DNA of 64,000 nt from Aplysia californica (Eukaryota): NCBI RefSeq assembly GCF_000002075.1, contig NW_004797325.1, forward strand, positions 1,319,190-1,383,189. Reading direction: 5' to 3'. Shown here piece by piece: positions 1 through 11,800 of this stretch. The notes under the pieces are model-generated. The model did no database searches. It saw nothing but the letters and a program-made list of their open reading frames with translations, and was not told the DNA's origin. The translations under genes were made by a program, and so were the position numbers. Position 1 is the stretch's first letter. Each line of letters opens with the position of its first letter.

Positions 1-53
<53 letters not shown>
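1..53. repeat. (TAG)n microsatellite
   Basis: Direct inspection. Confidence 0.95.
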
Positions 54-1239
54 ATGTCATCTTTCCCGCCACCATGGCCTACTTTATCACTATTATTACC
101 ATACTACTATATACCATCACCCTCGATAACGATTTTTTAACCACCATCACCATCAAAGGCAATATGAGCAGTGCAGACTACCAAGGCCCTATGTCCCCTT
201 TAAAAAAGTCAAGATTGGTTGGGGGTGGGGAGGGATCTATTGCTCTCAAAATGGAAGGCGGGGTCTAATATTAGTCTTTATAATTTCTTTTCGTTATTGT
301 TCATCTCACTAAAGCCATTTGTTAAAAACGCCCAAAACTCCAACATTATTTCTTGGTATTGATAGACTTAAAAGTACAGATTTAATCAAACTTGTTGGCT
401 TCAATGCACTAAAAATCCAACGGTATTGTATTTAATGTTGTAGATCGTAGTTACTGACAGATGAAGGTGGATAAAACAATGAAATATGTTTAGCTATTTT
501 AGTTGCCTTTTTCACATGCTAATATAATAGTCGAATGCAGATGTGTATCTATCCCAAGCTCTTATAACTAAAAATGTTTTTCCTGTTTTAATTATATCCG
601 TAGATTCATGCCCCAAATTCTTTGGTCTATATTTAACCTTTTCCTTTTTTAATTAATGTATTTCCCAATACACTAGATCATTCCATAACTGTCACAAAAC
701 TGGTGTTGTGGTTCGGCTTTTCACCACAGGGCACTGAGGACGTGAGTTTGAGTCTTATTCAGTCTTATTCAGTATAAAATAATTCTCATGCGATGCTGTA
801 TCCCGCCTAGCCTGCAACGGCCCTGTCATCTGGGATCAGGCTCCCCGCCTCCAAAGTTATCTAAAGTGTCAGTGGGGGAAAAGGGGAGGGTGGGGGGTAG
901 TTTTCCATCATGACTATTTCTTAGTTTCTTCGTAACTTATGAAGCAGAAACTTGCTACTGGAGCGGCTGCTTACTTCAATTTACGTTTCCATCGCCTTCT
1001 AACCTTCCATCTTTATTGCAGCACCATACACTTTCTGTTCTCATTAGTTCTCAAACGATATCTAAGGAGCACTTGCCTTTTCTTACCAGTCAGTTAAGTT
1101 ATACATGTATTTAGCAAACATGCAATAAGTTTAATGTCCGTCTTATGTCTGATCAAATAGGACGGGGGGGGGGGGGGGGGTTACAGATATACAGGCGCAT
1201 CGAATTTACAGATATTACAGGCGCATCGATACAATTTAG

Positions 1240-1460
1240 ATTATTAAGGAGGCCTGCTACGTCCACTCCCTGGTACGGCCAATATTCTGGGATCATGCAA
1301 TGACATGGTATACCGCCTAAGCCTTCAGCACACCAGCAGGCATACGGTGACACTCGAAAAAAAAAAGATATACAAAGGGGTCTATACCCACTAGGACACC
1401 GAACCCAATTTCCTCAGTGTACAACAGCGAAGAGCCTAACCATTACACACAAGGACCTTA
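1240..1460 (-). mobile_element. Decayed tRNA-derived SINE
   Basis: Minus strand reads gtgtgtaatggttagg...ggaaattgggttcggt (A/B-box-like); a related decayed head lies at ~700-760 on +. Confidence 0.4.
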
Positions 1461-2344
1461 CAACAAACATACGCCGGTGGCCATGAGTGTTGAAAGAATT
1501 ATAGTTTTTTAATCTCTTCATTATATTTAACCCTTGGGCTCCCAATTAGTCAGATCGTGTGTCTTGGGGTGCAAACAAACGTACCTGCTTTGCATTTTGT
1601 TGAAGTTTTAATTAAGTCCCACTGGACTTACGATAATGTAATGTCACTTTTGAGTCCTTAAAATTACACTTTTCGTTTCAAGTAAGTTAACTAATTAAGT
1701 AGCCTAGGCCTACTACCTAAGATTCTTTAGTCGATGGTTTCTACAGATTTTTAAAAGCTTACAGCTCAGGCAATATCGCTTTTAAAAGCAAGTCTATCAT
1801 TTTGTTTCCTAATCGCAAAAGTATGCTTATTGAACGTATGTTTAGGGAACCTTTAGAGCACAAAATGTGTTCATTACAAAAATATTCTTTGTAAGAAATT
1901 TTACCACTAAAAAGTGTCATTAGCAAGCTGTGGTGTAGCCCATACTATGTGTCCCTGCCGGTCAATATCATCATATGAAGGAAATTTCAAAATTGAGTTA
2001 ACATTATTTTCTAAAACTATCACATTTTCCCTACAATTTAAAACAAGAAAGAAGTAAATATGACAATATTTGACAAAAATACAGAACTTTTAATTGTGCG
2101 AGGTGAGGAAACACGAAATGGAGAAAATGGCCTCCGAAGTTGAGCAACACGTTTCCATAGCAATGGGAGTCTTAGAATTGAGATAGAGACTTAAAATTTA
2201 GCAGTTGTCTTGGCTATGCGACTACAAGCTAACATACAAAAGTAGAAAACTATTCATTTACAGAGCAAAAACCTTATGGACCAAACAAATTTTTAACGAG
2301 AATGGACTTCACGTCAAATGCAACAAAGTATTAGCATTATACTA

Positions 2345-3307
2345 TAGGTACCAGATACTAAATTTTCAAAGTAGCTGTATGCCAAATTCATATGAAAGGC
2401 CTAAGTCTCCTGAGACGTTTGGTACCAAACTTTTACCTGTCAGTCAATGTTTTTAGAGAATGGCAGCTGTTTCAATTTAACATAATAATAAGATATTGCT
2501 GAAGTCGTTAACTGGTTGCAACCCCATGTGTGGCAGATAATAAAAGAGTACCAAGAGCACCAAACATCTCTACATTAAAAGGGTACAATCACGATAACAT
2601 CAAAATGAAGCCTAATATTTCTCAAGATTGTGAGATCATTAAAACACAATGATCTGTCGTTATTTCAATAAAAACACCGAGCGTTGTCTCTGCCGGCATC
2701 GCACCAGCATTTGCAAGCGAGCGAGCCGGCTCAATACTGTAGTATACTGAGTGTTCCCGGTAGTTTCTCAGAAGGACTCATGCAAAATAATTCCAAGCCG
2801 ATGACTTTATTCTAATTTTTTTAAAAGAACTGTTCTTTCTATTGGTACCTTTTTTAGCCGGTATTTTACACATTTCGTGTTTAAAATGATCTTTGAAAAC
2901 TTAGATTTTTTTTTCTTCAAGGTTTTCTGTCTAAACGCCAAAGGCAAAAAGTAATAACCACGGGAAACCACGCTCAAAGCTGTATAGTTCTCCGCCGATA
3001 AAAAGACGGTATTAAATCATCAATCTTTCTGCAAAGGATTCGAAAGCATGGGTGTCAATTTTGAACCGGGGGACCTTGCAACCGCGAGGGGCTTCCCTTT
3101 CCACGGCAATTCTCCAGCTCCAAATACCCGGATATACAAACAACTTACACTATTATAACGAAGAAAATCTGAACTTTTTCAAAATGTTCAGCATTTGGTG
3201 TTTTATAGCAAAAGAGCAGAGAAACAGAGATCTGAATTACCCCTATTTCACCGAAACCACGCGTTCAGAAGGCCACGAGTCGGCTTACGTGCCGTGTATA
3301 CGCTACC
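2345..3307. mobile_element. Unclassified non-autonomous element, uninterrupted copy
   Basis: Colinear with 42879-43470 joined to 46161-46572; both copies end in ...CTACC. Confidence 0.7.
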
Positions 3308-4445
3308 TGATTATTCGTTTGCAGTAGCACCANNNNNNNNNNNNNNNNNNNNNNNNNNNNNNNNNNNNNNNNNNNNNNNNNNNNNNNNNNNNNNNNNNNN
3401 NNNNNNNNNNNNNNNNNNNNNNNNNNNNNNNNNNNNNNNNNNNNNNNNNNNNNNNNNNNNNNNNNNNNNNNNNNNACATGCACATAGACCACCTCGGTGG
3501 CCTCTTGGTAAGGAGCAGTCCGCTCTGAGAAGTCTAAAGGAAGGTTAATTAATCTTTTAAAAGCTCTAAAACACAATAAAAACGAATTGTTTAATAAATC
3601 AATCCAAGTGTAAAACTGAAGGATCAACAGACGATAGCAGCTAGCAGGGCATGCCCACACAGTCAGCTGTTTACGGAAACAAGCTTGGTAAGTGAGCTAG
3701 AAGTTACCGTTGTTACTCCGTTTTACCAATCAGAGTTGTTTACATTTCAGACCGTTCATGCTCGAAAAGGGGTCAAAATCTAAAAGTAGTTGGAAATGAA
3801 GAACGTTAGAGCAAAGATTTTCCACCAATGGAGAATCTTTGGTTGAAGCAAAGGTGGCCATGAGGCATTGATCCTAAAAATAATCTCACAACTACACACT
3901 AGCAAGGCCCAAATTCCTTTATCTCGTTACCCAAGCTCACAACAAACCACACACACCTCCAAAATAAATCAAAATAAAATATTTATAGTCGATTATAGTT
4001 GTTTATTTTTATCTTGAATGAAGCAGAAGACATCAAACTTTCAATATACAGTGTATCCAAAAAACAAACATTTAATGGAAAGTCACTTTTTTGCCTTTCG
4101 AGCCTCGTAGCTGATAGTAGCACAGTGCGTTTTACGACTGATATAGAGCGGAGCAGACATATGTATGCGTATGCAAAATGTGTGCGAGAAGCGGGAAGTG
4201 CTGTGAACCATCACATTTTCCGCGTGATGGAGATTTACAGTATTTTATATAAATTTATGAAGAAAAGTTTTTTTAATCGGGCCTAAATTGTTGTTGAAAA
4301 ATATGATTAAGTTAAGACAAACTGATGCAAAATGCTGTGCAAAGTATGGGTGACCTTGGTTCACCCGATAAAGAGATATTTGAAGATAAGATGCGCCACG
4401 AATTTCTGACCGCACTGTAATATGTTTGGCAACAAGTTGCGCAAC

Positions 4446-4448
<3 letters not shown>

Positions 4449-4533
<85 letters not shown>
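4449..4533. repeat. (GA)n microsatellite
   Basis: Direct inspection. Confidence 0.95.
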
Positions 4534-4536
<3 letters not shown>

Positions 4537-5003
4537 CGTTAAAATTCTATGAGAGAACGCTTCAGGCTAAAAGAGATAAATCTAGGCCTACATATAACGT
4601 AATTATTGTCCCCATGTCGAAATATTAAAATTACGCCATGCATAAATGCTACTGTTATCTCCCTTTATCTTGCTCATCTAGGTAATCATGTCGTTGGAGA
4701 ATATTGAGTGGAACTCTTCTTTGGGTTGAAATTAGAATCTATCGTCGTCGGCGAAGAGAAGAGCACTGAGCCTGTAAAATGTCTTGTAATGTTTTGGAAA
4801 TGAATAGTTCTAGCCTACGCTTCGTTTTTTTTGTGTTGAATGGAAATCACTGTCATAAATTTTAATGTTTCCTGTTGCTTTTATCCACTGCTTTACTGAA
4901 GTGCATTCTAGATCGAGATCGAGATAGCCCTTCCTTCTGTTGGGAGAACCGGTGAGCAAAGTAGATCTTCTAACTTCTTGTTTCGTTGAAGTTGAGTCGT
5001 GAA

Positions 5004-5006
<3 letters not shown>

Positions 5007-5070
<64 letters not shown>
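5007..5070. repeat. (CT)n microsatellite
   Basis: Direct inspection. Confidence 0.95.
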
Positions 5071-5071
<1 letters not shown>

Positions 5072-5139
5072 GTTAGTAGATCTAGAATCTAGATTAGATC
5101 TAGATCTAACTGCAACTGTCTTTCATGATGATGATCAAT

Positions 5140-5875
5140 GGCCGCACCTCTATTCTATTCTCACTACGGGTGAGAATAGCGCAGGCGAGTCTTTTGGCTA
5201 TTCTTACCCGGTGGGTGTTCACCGTTATAGTATAGCCTAGGCCAACCAGTAAGCGTTCACCCTGAACCACAGAATTACTCTCTCTCTTTAGCTATCTCTG
5301 TCTTATAAAACGTTCTATTACTACTGTTAGTGTTAGCCTAAAAGCGTGCAATTTTGTCTGTGGGCAGTGGAGAGAGAGAAAGAGAGAGAGGAGTAGCCCA
5401 AGAACTTCCTGTCAAAACAAAATGGCGACCCGCGTAGTTCAGCTCGATTCGGAAAGTTAAACAGCCGTAGCATCTTTGTAGACGACCAAATTAATTTACT
5501 TTTGTGTTTTAACATCATTTTAAAACTTTGTTTTGGTTAATTTGATCGTCCGCACCGATAGACAGTATTCAGAGAGAGAGAGGGGAGGAGTAGATCTTGC
5601 GAGAACTTCCAGGCAAAACAAAATGGTGACCCGCGTAGTTCGGCTCGATTCGAAAAGTGAAATAGCCATAGCATCTTTGAAGACGATCAAATTAGCTTAC
5701 TTTTGTGCTATAACGTAATTTTTTCTTGGCTTTTATCAATTTGATCATCCACACCGATAGAAAGTATTCCGAAATGAGGAAAAACAGGTCTTGTTTCACA
5801 CCGGGTGAGAATAGCCTACGCTGGCAAGTCTCACCCGGAGTGAGAGGTAGATCCTATTTCTATTCTCACACTTCC
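5140..5875. mobile_element. MITE-like element, possibly Mutator-type
   Basis: Flanked by a 9-bp direct repeat ATGATCAAT (5131-5139, 5876-5884); GG...CC ends; subterminal inverted repeats (ctcactacgggtgaga...); internal ~195-bp tandem duplication. Confidence 0.5.
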
Positions 5876-7330
5876 ATGATCAATACAGAAACGGACATTT
5901 AGATTTACTTAGAATCTTGAAACTCGCACACCTGACAAATCTTTACAAGTCATTGAATTTGAAATTACGAAGTGACTATTGACACTATTGTCACTATAGT
6001 TGAACCTGTGTAAGACGGCGGCCCATTGTCAAGGAGAAAAGTGGCCGTCTTAGGCAGGACTGATCGAGATGAAGAAAACAAACCATTCCTTTCTCAAACT
6101 TTCTGAGGTCCCAACCGAAGTTCGTGCTTTTTCGGTAGTTCCCACCCCTCTTATTTGAGCCTAGATCTACATCTAGATCTATATGTTTGATGTGCGGCGA
6201 CCTAACAACTGAAAAACATCAAATTTTTATGGTAAAATCAGGGGGGCATGCCCCCTGAAACCACCACCTTATTTTTATTAGTCCTGACACACTACTCTTG
6301 GGGCCAAAACCCACGAATAACAATTGCGGGGTGGGAACTACCGAAGAAGCGCCCCGAAGTTAGCCACATGCATTGTTGTTGTTGTTTTCGTTGGGGTTTT
6401 TTTTTTGTTGTTGCTGCTTTTGTGCAAGGGTGTCAATTTAAAAACTAGATCTAAATGTGTCACCCGAGGAGGACCGAGTGTTATTGTAAAACAAACACAT
6501 TGGTCGCCACCACTCGGAGAAAGAGCGACACTTCTGTCACAAGTTCATGTTGACATCCATTGTTACTTTGTTACAGACCACTCATCTCACTTACAAACGA
6601 TTTGTGTGTATGATTTCTTGGCTGGGCTTATGGGTTATGAGGGATCACAAGCTTTCCTCACCAGCAGCTGAAAATTTGTTACATAAACCTATTGGTCAAC
6701 AGCAGGAGGGGCAAAAACAACATGATCGGTTGGAGGGACTAGGCTACCCCTTACATCAACGATAGGTGATTGGATTATGACGGCTCGCCCACAACGCCAC
6801 GGGCCAATGCACAATTTATGACTGTGGAGTCTCTACGGTGGCTGTCTAAGACCTAGGTGTTATTGCTTGGTGTGATAGGGGTTGTGTGCTATAATATGAT
6901 CAGTGCTTCCACTCTTCCGTATTTCTACGGAAATCTGTACTTTCTGCCATTTCCGTACTTGTTCCTCCTTCATTATCAGCTCCCTCCGTAAAAAGCTGCA
7001 ACAGCGTGGGACTACCGAAATTCCGTAGCAAAAGATCCGTACTCGCCTTCGTATCATCTAGTACTAGTAGTTACGGATATTTACGGTAATTCTTTCGGCA
7101 ATAAGTTAATGTTATAGAAACCTGCCCGATTGCGCATTTCCTGCAATCGGCCATTCCGCTATACCACAATATGCATGCATTGCGGGTTGGTCGGCAGTAC
7201 ATTCTTGTGAGGAAAAACAGAGCCTCCAATGACAAAGCTGATATTTGCAAGTCGCTCACTGTTCTCATTTGTTTGTCCCAAGCCATGTTGTCCCATAATT
7301 TTTGTTTGCAATGATAGTATCATTTTACAT

Positions 7331-7510
7331 GGTAGGTGGTTGGCGGGTGCTGTGGTGTGGTTTGCTTCTTCTTTCCTATCAAACATCTATCGTCCTTATC
7401 TCCCCTTCTTCTTTTTTATGTTTGTTACTCTCTTGTAACACCTCTAATCTTCTGGTGCTCATATGACTTTATATGCAGTTGCAAGCGCCGTAAAACGTCT
7501 ACTAAAAAAC
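7331..7510 (+). mobile_element. tRNA-less SINE-like element with Nimb/I-type tail
   Basis: Same family as 50941-51125; other copies at ~15017, ~15406, ~15868, ~31983, ~36311 and ~63738. Confidence 0.75.
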
Positions 7511-8694
7511 ATTTTTCCTATTTGTATTCAACATTACATCTGGCACAAATCAAAAGTTTATGAGGTATAATAAAATTTGATGTTTTTTAATAGTTCTATA
7601 TTTTGCCTCATTTTTGATAATTTTGTGGTTCACTTAATTTGTTTAAAGGGGAGGAAGGGTGGGGGTGGGGGGGTTGGTTCCAGGTGGGGACTTGACTCAG
7701 CATCATGCCGGGCTATAGTGCTGTGCTCCAATTCTCTATAATGGGGAGTTCTTGAACTTAGGTTGTTTTCACTTTAGGAGTTTTAAAGGCTTAGCCTTAT
7801 AAATCAAATGGGCATTCAAATGTCCTTTCTTAAATGACAATACAGTATTGGAAGGAGCATTAAATCCATAACATGATACCATGGAATATTGAGAGAAGAA
7901 TGCGTTTTCTTTGTTTTGCCTGGATCTGAAATCATTTTACAAAAATTTTTCATTCTGAACTGACAAGTTTCTGTTTGCATATAAATAAATGTTTATTGGT
8001 ATGGTAGTGTTGCTTTTTATATGTCATAATGGACAAGGAGTTCCAGTTGTAAAGTTTGTTTCTTGCTTAAAAAGTACTAAGTGGTACAGAAGTGATTAAT
8101 TTTAAACTGAGCCAGAGCATGATTGCTTTATTTAACTTTTGACAGAAAGAAGTGTATTTTATTAGCATAATGGGCCTCTATGAAACTTCCAAGCCTTTGT
8201 CATATATCTTTTAAAGTCACCAGCTCTCATATTTTCCTGGTTTCAAAGTTATATGAGGTTGAGAAGAAAACCTGCAATTATCCGCTGATCATTTCATCAT
8301 AAACCAGACCAGGCACTATAAATAACTTAAGTACCTGGGTGCTTACAGGCCCTTCAAGTTTACAGCTGAAAGAGTCATGGTTTATTAACTGTAATTGTAG
8401 TGAGAACTAAACTGACTAAAAACAAAACACAAAAAAGCTGGAGGGGTTTTTTTAAATTAATTTTTGGGGATTTTTTTATTCACGAAGAATAAATTCTACG
8501 TCTTTTTTAATGTTTCCCAGCAACCCACTGTTGATATTCCAGGGACTGATTCAATCTCAAAATTAGTTCAAACATTCATGGCTATTTGTGTGGGATTAAG
8601 ATAATATAAATAAGTGCATAATTTTAGACAAGTTTTTACTGTAGCTATGATATTGTATTGCTATATGTATCACCTTTTTTCTTTGTGCAGAGAG

Positions 8695-8775
8695 ATGAAA
8701 CACTGATTTACTGAGACATCAATATATTGTGGCAATGTGATGAGGCAGAGCCCCGTCCATACAGATAAGCGGTAA
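8695..8775 (+). promoter_or_regulatory. Three upstream ORFs in the TNNI3K 5'UTR
   Basis: uORFs at 8695-8706 (MKH*), 8735-8740 (M*) and 8740-8775 (MRQSPVHTDKR*); the last stop overlaps the main ATG (TAATG). Confidence 0.55.
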
Positions 8776-8814
8776 TGGGCAACTATAAGTCCCGGCCCCC
8801 CATCTCCTGTACTG
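8775..8814 (+). CDS. TNNI3K: TNNI3K coding exon 1 ([13 protein letters not shown]); exon begins at acceptor 8691 with 5'UTR
   Basis: ATG at 8775; donor G|gtaaga; matches the TNNI3K N-terminus. Confidence 0.93.
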
Positions 8815-11800
8815 GTAAGACTTTATAGCAGCTCTGAATTTGTATTTAATCTGGTATGTGGTTGATGGTAGGTAGGTGTTCATTGTTCTGTTTACTTCTT
8901 TTCAGTTACATTGATCAAATTCTGTTCAAGGGAAGATGTTCTTTTTTGCAAAGCTAACTTGTCATAAAGTACTGCTCATTAACTTAGTGGATGAGTCAGA
9001 GTTGTAGTTCTAGGTGACTCAGTACAGGTTTGAGATGTGTTAGACAGGCTGTCGAAGTTTAATTCACTCAAATTCAAGAAATATTAATAAATGTAACAAC
9101 AAACAGTTATAATAAATAAGTGTATGTTTTCTATAAGGAGTAGCCTACTAAACAATACTGGTTCACACATAGTTAAATGCTCAGGTTCTGACACAGGCTT
9201 ATATTTATGCAACATTATATTACAAACCAATGTCAATGTGCCAGGATCTGGACAATCAATACTGATCATATCTTATCTTATCTTATCCTATCCTACTTCC
9301 TACAAGATTTGTATGATGTGGTGTTATTTTCACTTGTTCAGATGAGCTCAAGAAGAAGATCAGTGAGAGTTATGCCCTGTTCAGGTCGAAGGTCATTGAG
9401 GAGCTGCGCCCTAAAGAAAGTGACTGGAATGAAGTGCAGCAAGCTGCAGCAAAGTCAGTATTTAGAATAACAGCCAGAAAAATTTGCTTCACTATTGTGA
9501 AGTAAATTTTCCTGCTGTTATGGTATTAGCTACATGATTCATCCTCTTGTCACATTGCAAGACTAAAACTTAATTCCATATGGCTCGACTTTTCTGGGCG
9601 ATCAAGCACATTTTGGAGGGACTAATTTTTATCCTTTGACAGAGACATGTTTGGGGTTTTTTTGTTGTGTGTTTTTTTTTCTCTTTTCTGTTCTCTGATA
9701 CTGGTAGGTCCTACCTCTTTAACTGCCCTTTTTTGTTCTTGTCAGTCTGTCTTACTTTTCCCCCGCACTAAATGACCTTAATTGCTTCTCTTTGCTCAAA
9801 CATTTGAAAAAAAATATTTTTTGTTCTGTTCAGCACGGCAGACCTGTGTCAGTTGGAACAGTTGCTGACAGAAGCAGACTGTCATGAGAAGACGGAAACA
9901 GGCCTTACATTGCTGCATATTGCTTGCATTGCTGGAGGTGAGCAGTTGATATGAGTAGTAAACCGTTAACTCTCATGGGACTATACCTTTGGGCAAAGTA
10001 GTTTTAAGTAAGGTACTGCAGCAGCTAAAGTGTCGAATTGGAATCCACTGGGTAAGGGATCATGGGGAAGGCCACATGGAACCTGGAGAAGAGTTACAGA
10101 CAAAAAATGTAAAGAAGAGTTGAAATACATTAAATATAATCAAGAGTCTGGCCAAGGATTGGGAAAGGTTGAAAGTGTTTATTCCTTGCCTATAGTATGC
10201 CCTGATGCAGGATTAGAAGGGCAGTGATGAGGATGGAAGCCTATTATTTAAATCCAGAAACACTCCTACTCAAGAAAGGCTATGTTGAAAAAGTTCAATG
10301 TTTAAAACATGAAATATTCAATAGGTCGAATATTCGAAATGTCTATTATCCAATTAGTTTCAATGATGTTTGGAAAAGGGCTCAGCACTGTTGCTGCTCA
10401 GCTGTCTGTCAAATATTATTGCAATGAGAAATAATTTGTTTGCTATTTTTTAAACCCCTACCAACCTCCATGTTCATGCATAGTGTTTTTCTTCTTTTTT
10501 TCTGTTCCTTTGTAGCCCCCTGTAGTCAGCTTGAAAGACTGCTGAAGAAAGGAGCCAGTGTGAACATTCTCAGCAAGAACCAGTTCTCTCCCCTCCAGCT
10601 GTCTGTGTACCGGGTAATCTTACATTAACACTTCCAGAGGTCTTCTGTTGTTTTTTTTTGTTGTTGTTTTTTCTGAAAACATCTTTGCTACTCTTAACAG
10701 TTTTAGTTGTTGGAGGCAAACCTTGGGGGAGGGTTTTCTTCAGCTTCATTCTCATTGATGTCAGGTAAATGGTTACTGTTACTAATTTTGCATGTTCCAT
10801 TCTTTGGCTGGAAGCTAAAGACTGTTACCACTGATCCCACATTTGACATAGGTATGCTTTACCCCATGTTTGAACATGCATTAGGAGGCTGGCTTTCCTC
10901 TGCTGGCATGCTCCAGATTCACCTATAAGTAGATCATTTTCTTTGAATTTTTGTCACATTCTAGAAAATATGAATAAATCCCAAAGTTGAGATACCTAAA
11001 CAAGTGGACAAATCTCTTTCCCTATTTTTGCAGTTACCTTGGTTGCTTGTATTGAATCACCATTAGGTCATAACTCTTTTCTATCTCTCTGTCCTACTCT
11101 AAACAATGTCCCTTTTGCACCCAATGCACAGAATTTAGGGGTCATCTCTCTGTCAGTTCAGTTTGTCTTTCTTTCGCCTGACCCTAAAGAACTTTAAGCT
11201 TTCAGGTGTGTCTCTTATCTCAGAACTTGGTCCTCCTCTTGTTTAATAAATTCATCTCTTCATTTCATAAACTAAAGACTTAAGATTTGACATTCTCATA
11301 ATTATTTTCTTATTTAGACAATAATTTTTGGTCTTTATAATATATTTTATACAGTGCCTTTTGTTGTCATGTAAGTTACATGGCATAGCCTTCAGTTCCA
11401 GGTTTCTTCTTCTTCTTTGAGTTCCTCTCCTGGACATCAGGGGTAGTCAACTGCTGGTTCTTCTATCTGCGGCGTAGCTGATTTTTACATGTATGACTGT
11501 TTTTCCAACTTAATAGGGCCCTAGCCTTCAGGCAGTCACATTTCAATTTCATTGGTACTCTTTATGTTATTATTCTGACTAGAATATTTTCAGTTTTGAT
11601 AAGAATTAAATTTTAATATTTTGCACGGATGACGACAAAAGCCTACTCTTATTGATTTTAGGACTTCCATGGGATCTTTAATGTGGGCAACTTGCACAGG
11701 GGACCTCTGAGTTTACCTACCTTATAATCAGGGTGTGTTAAGGAGGAGCCAGGGGGTAGTTGTAGAAAGATTCAGGAATAAAGGAGAGAGGAGCTCAGAG

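Noticed and set aside
4422-5240. RE-repeat and SL-repeat ORFs
   Set aside because: They are translations of GA/CT microsatellites
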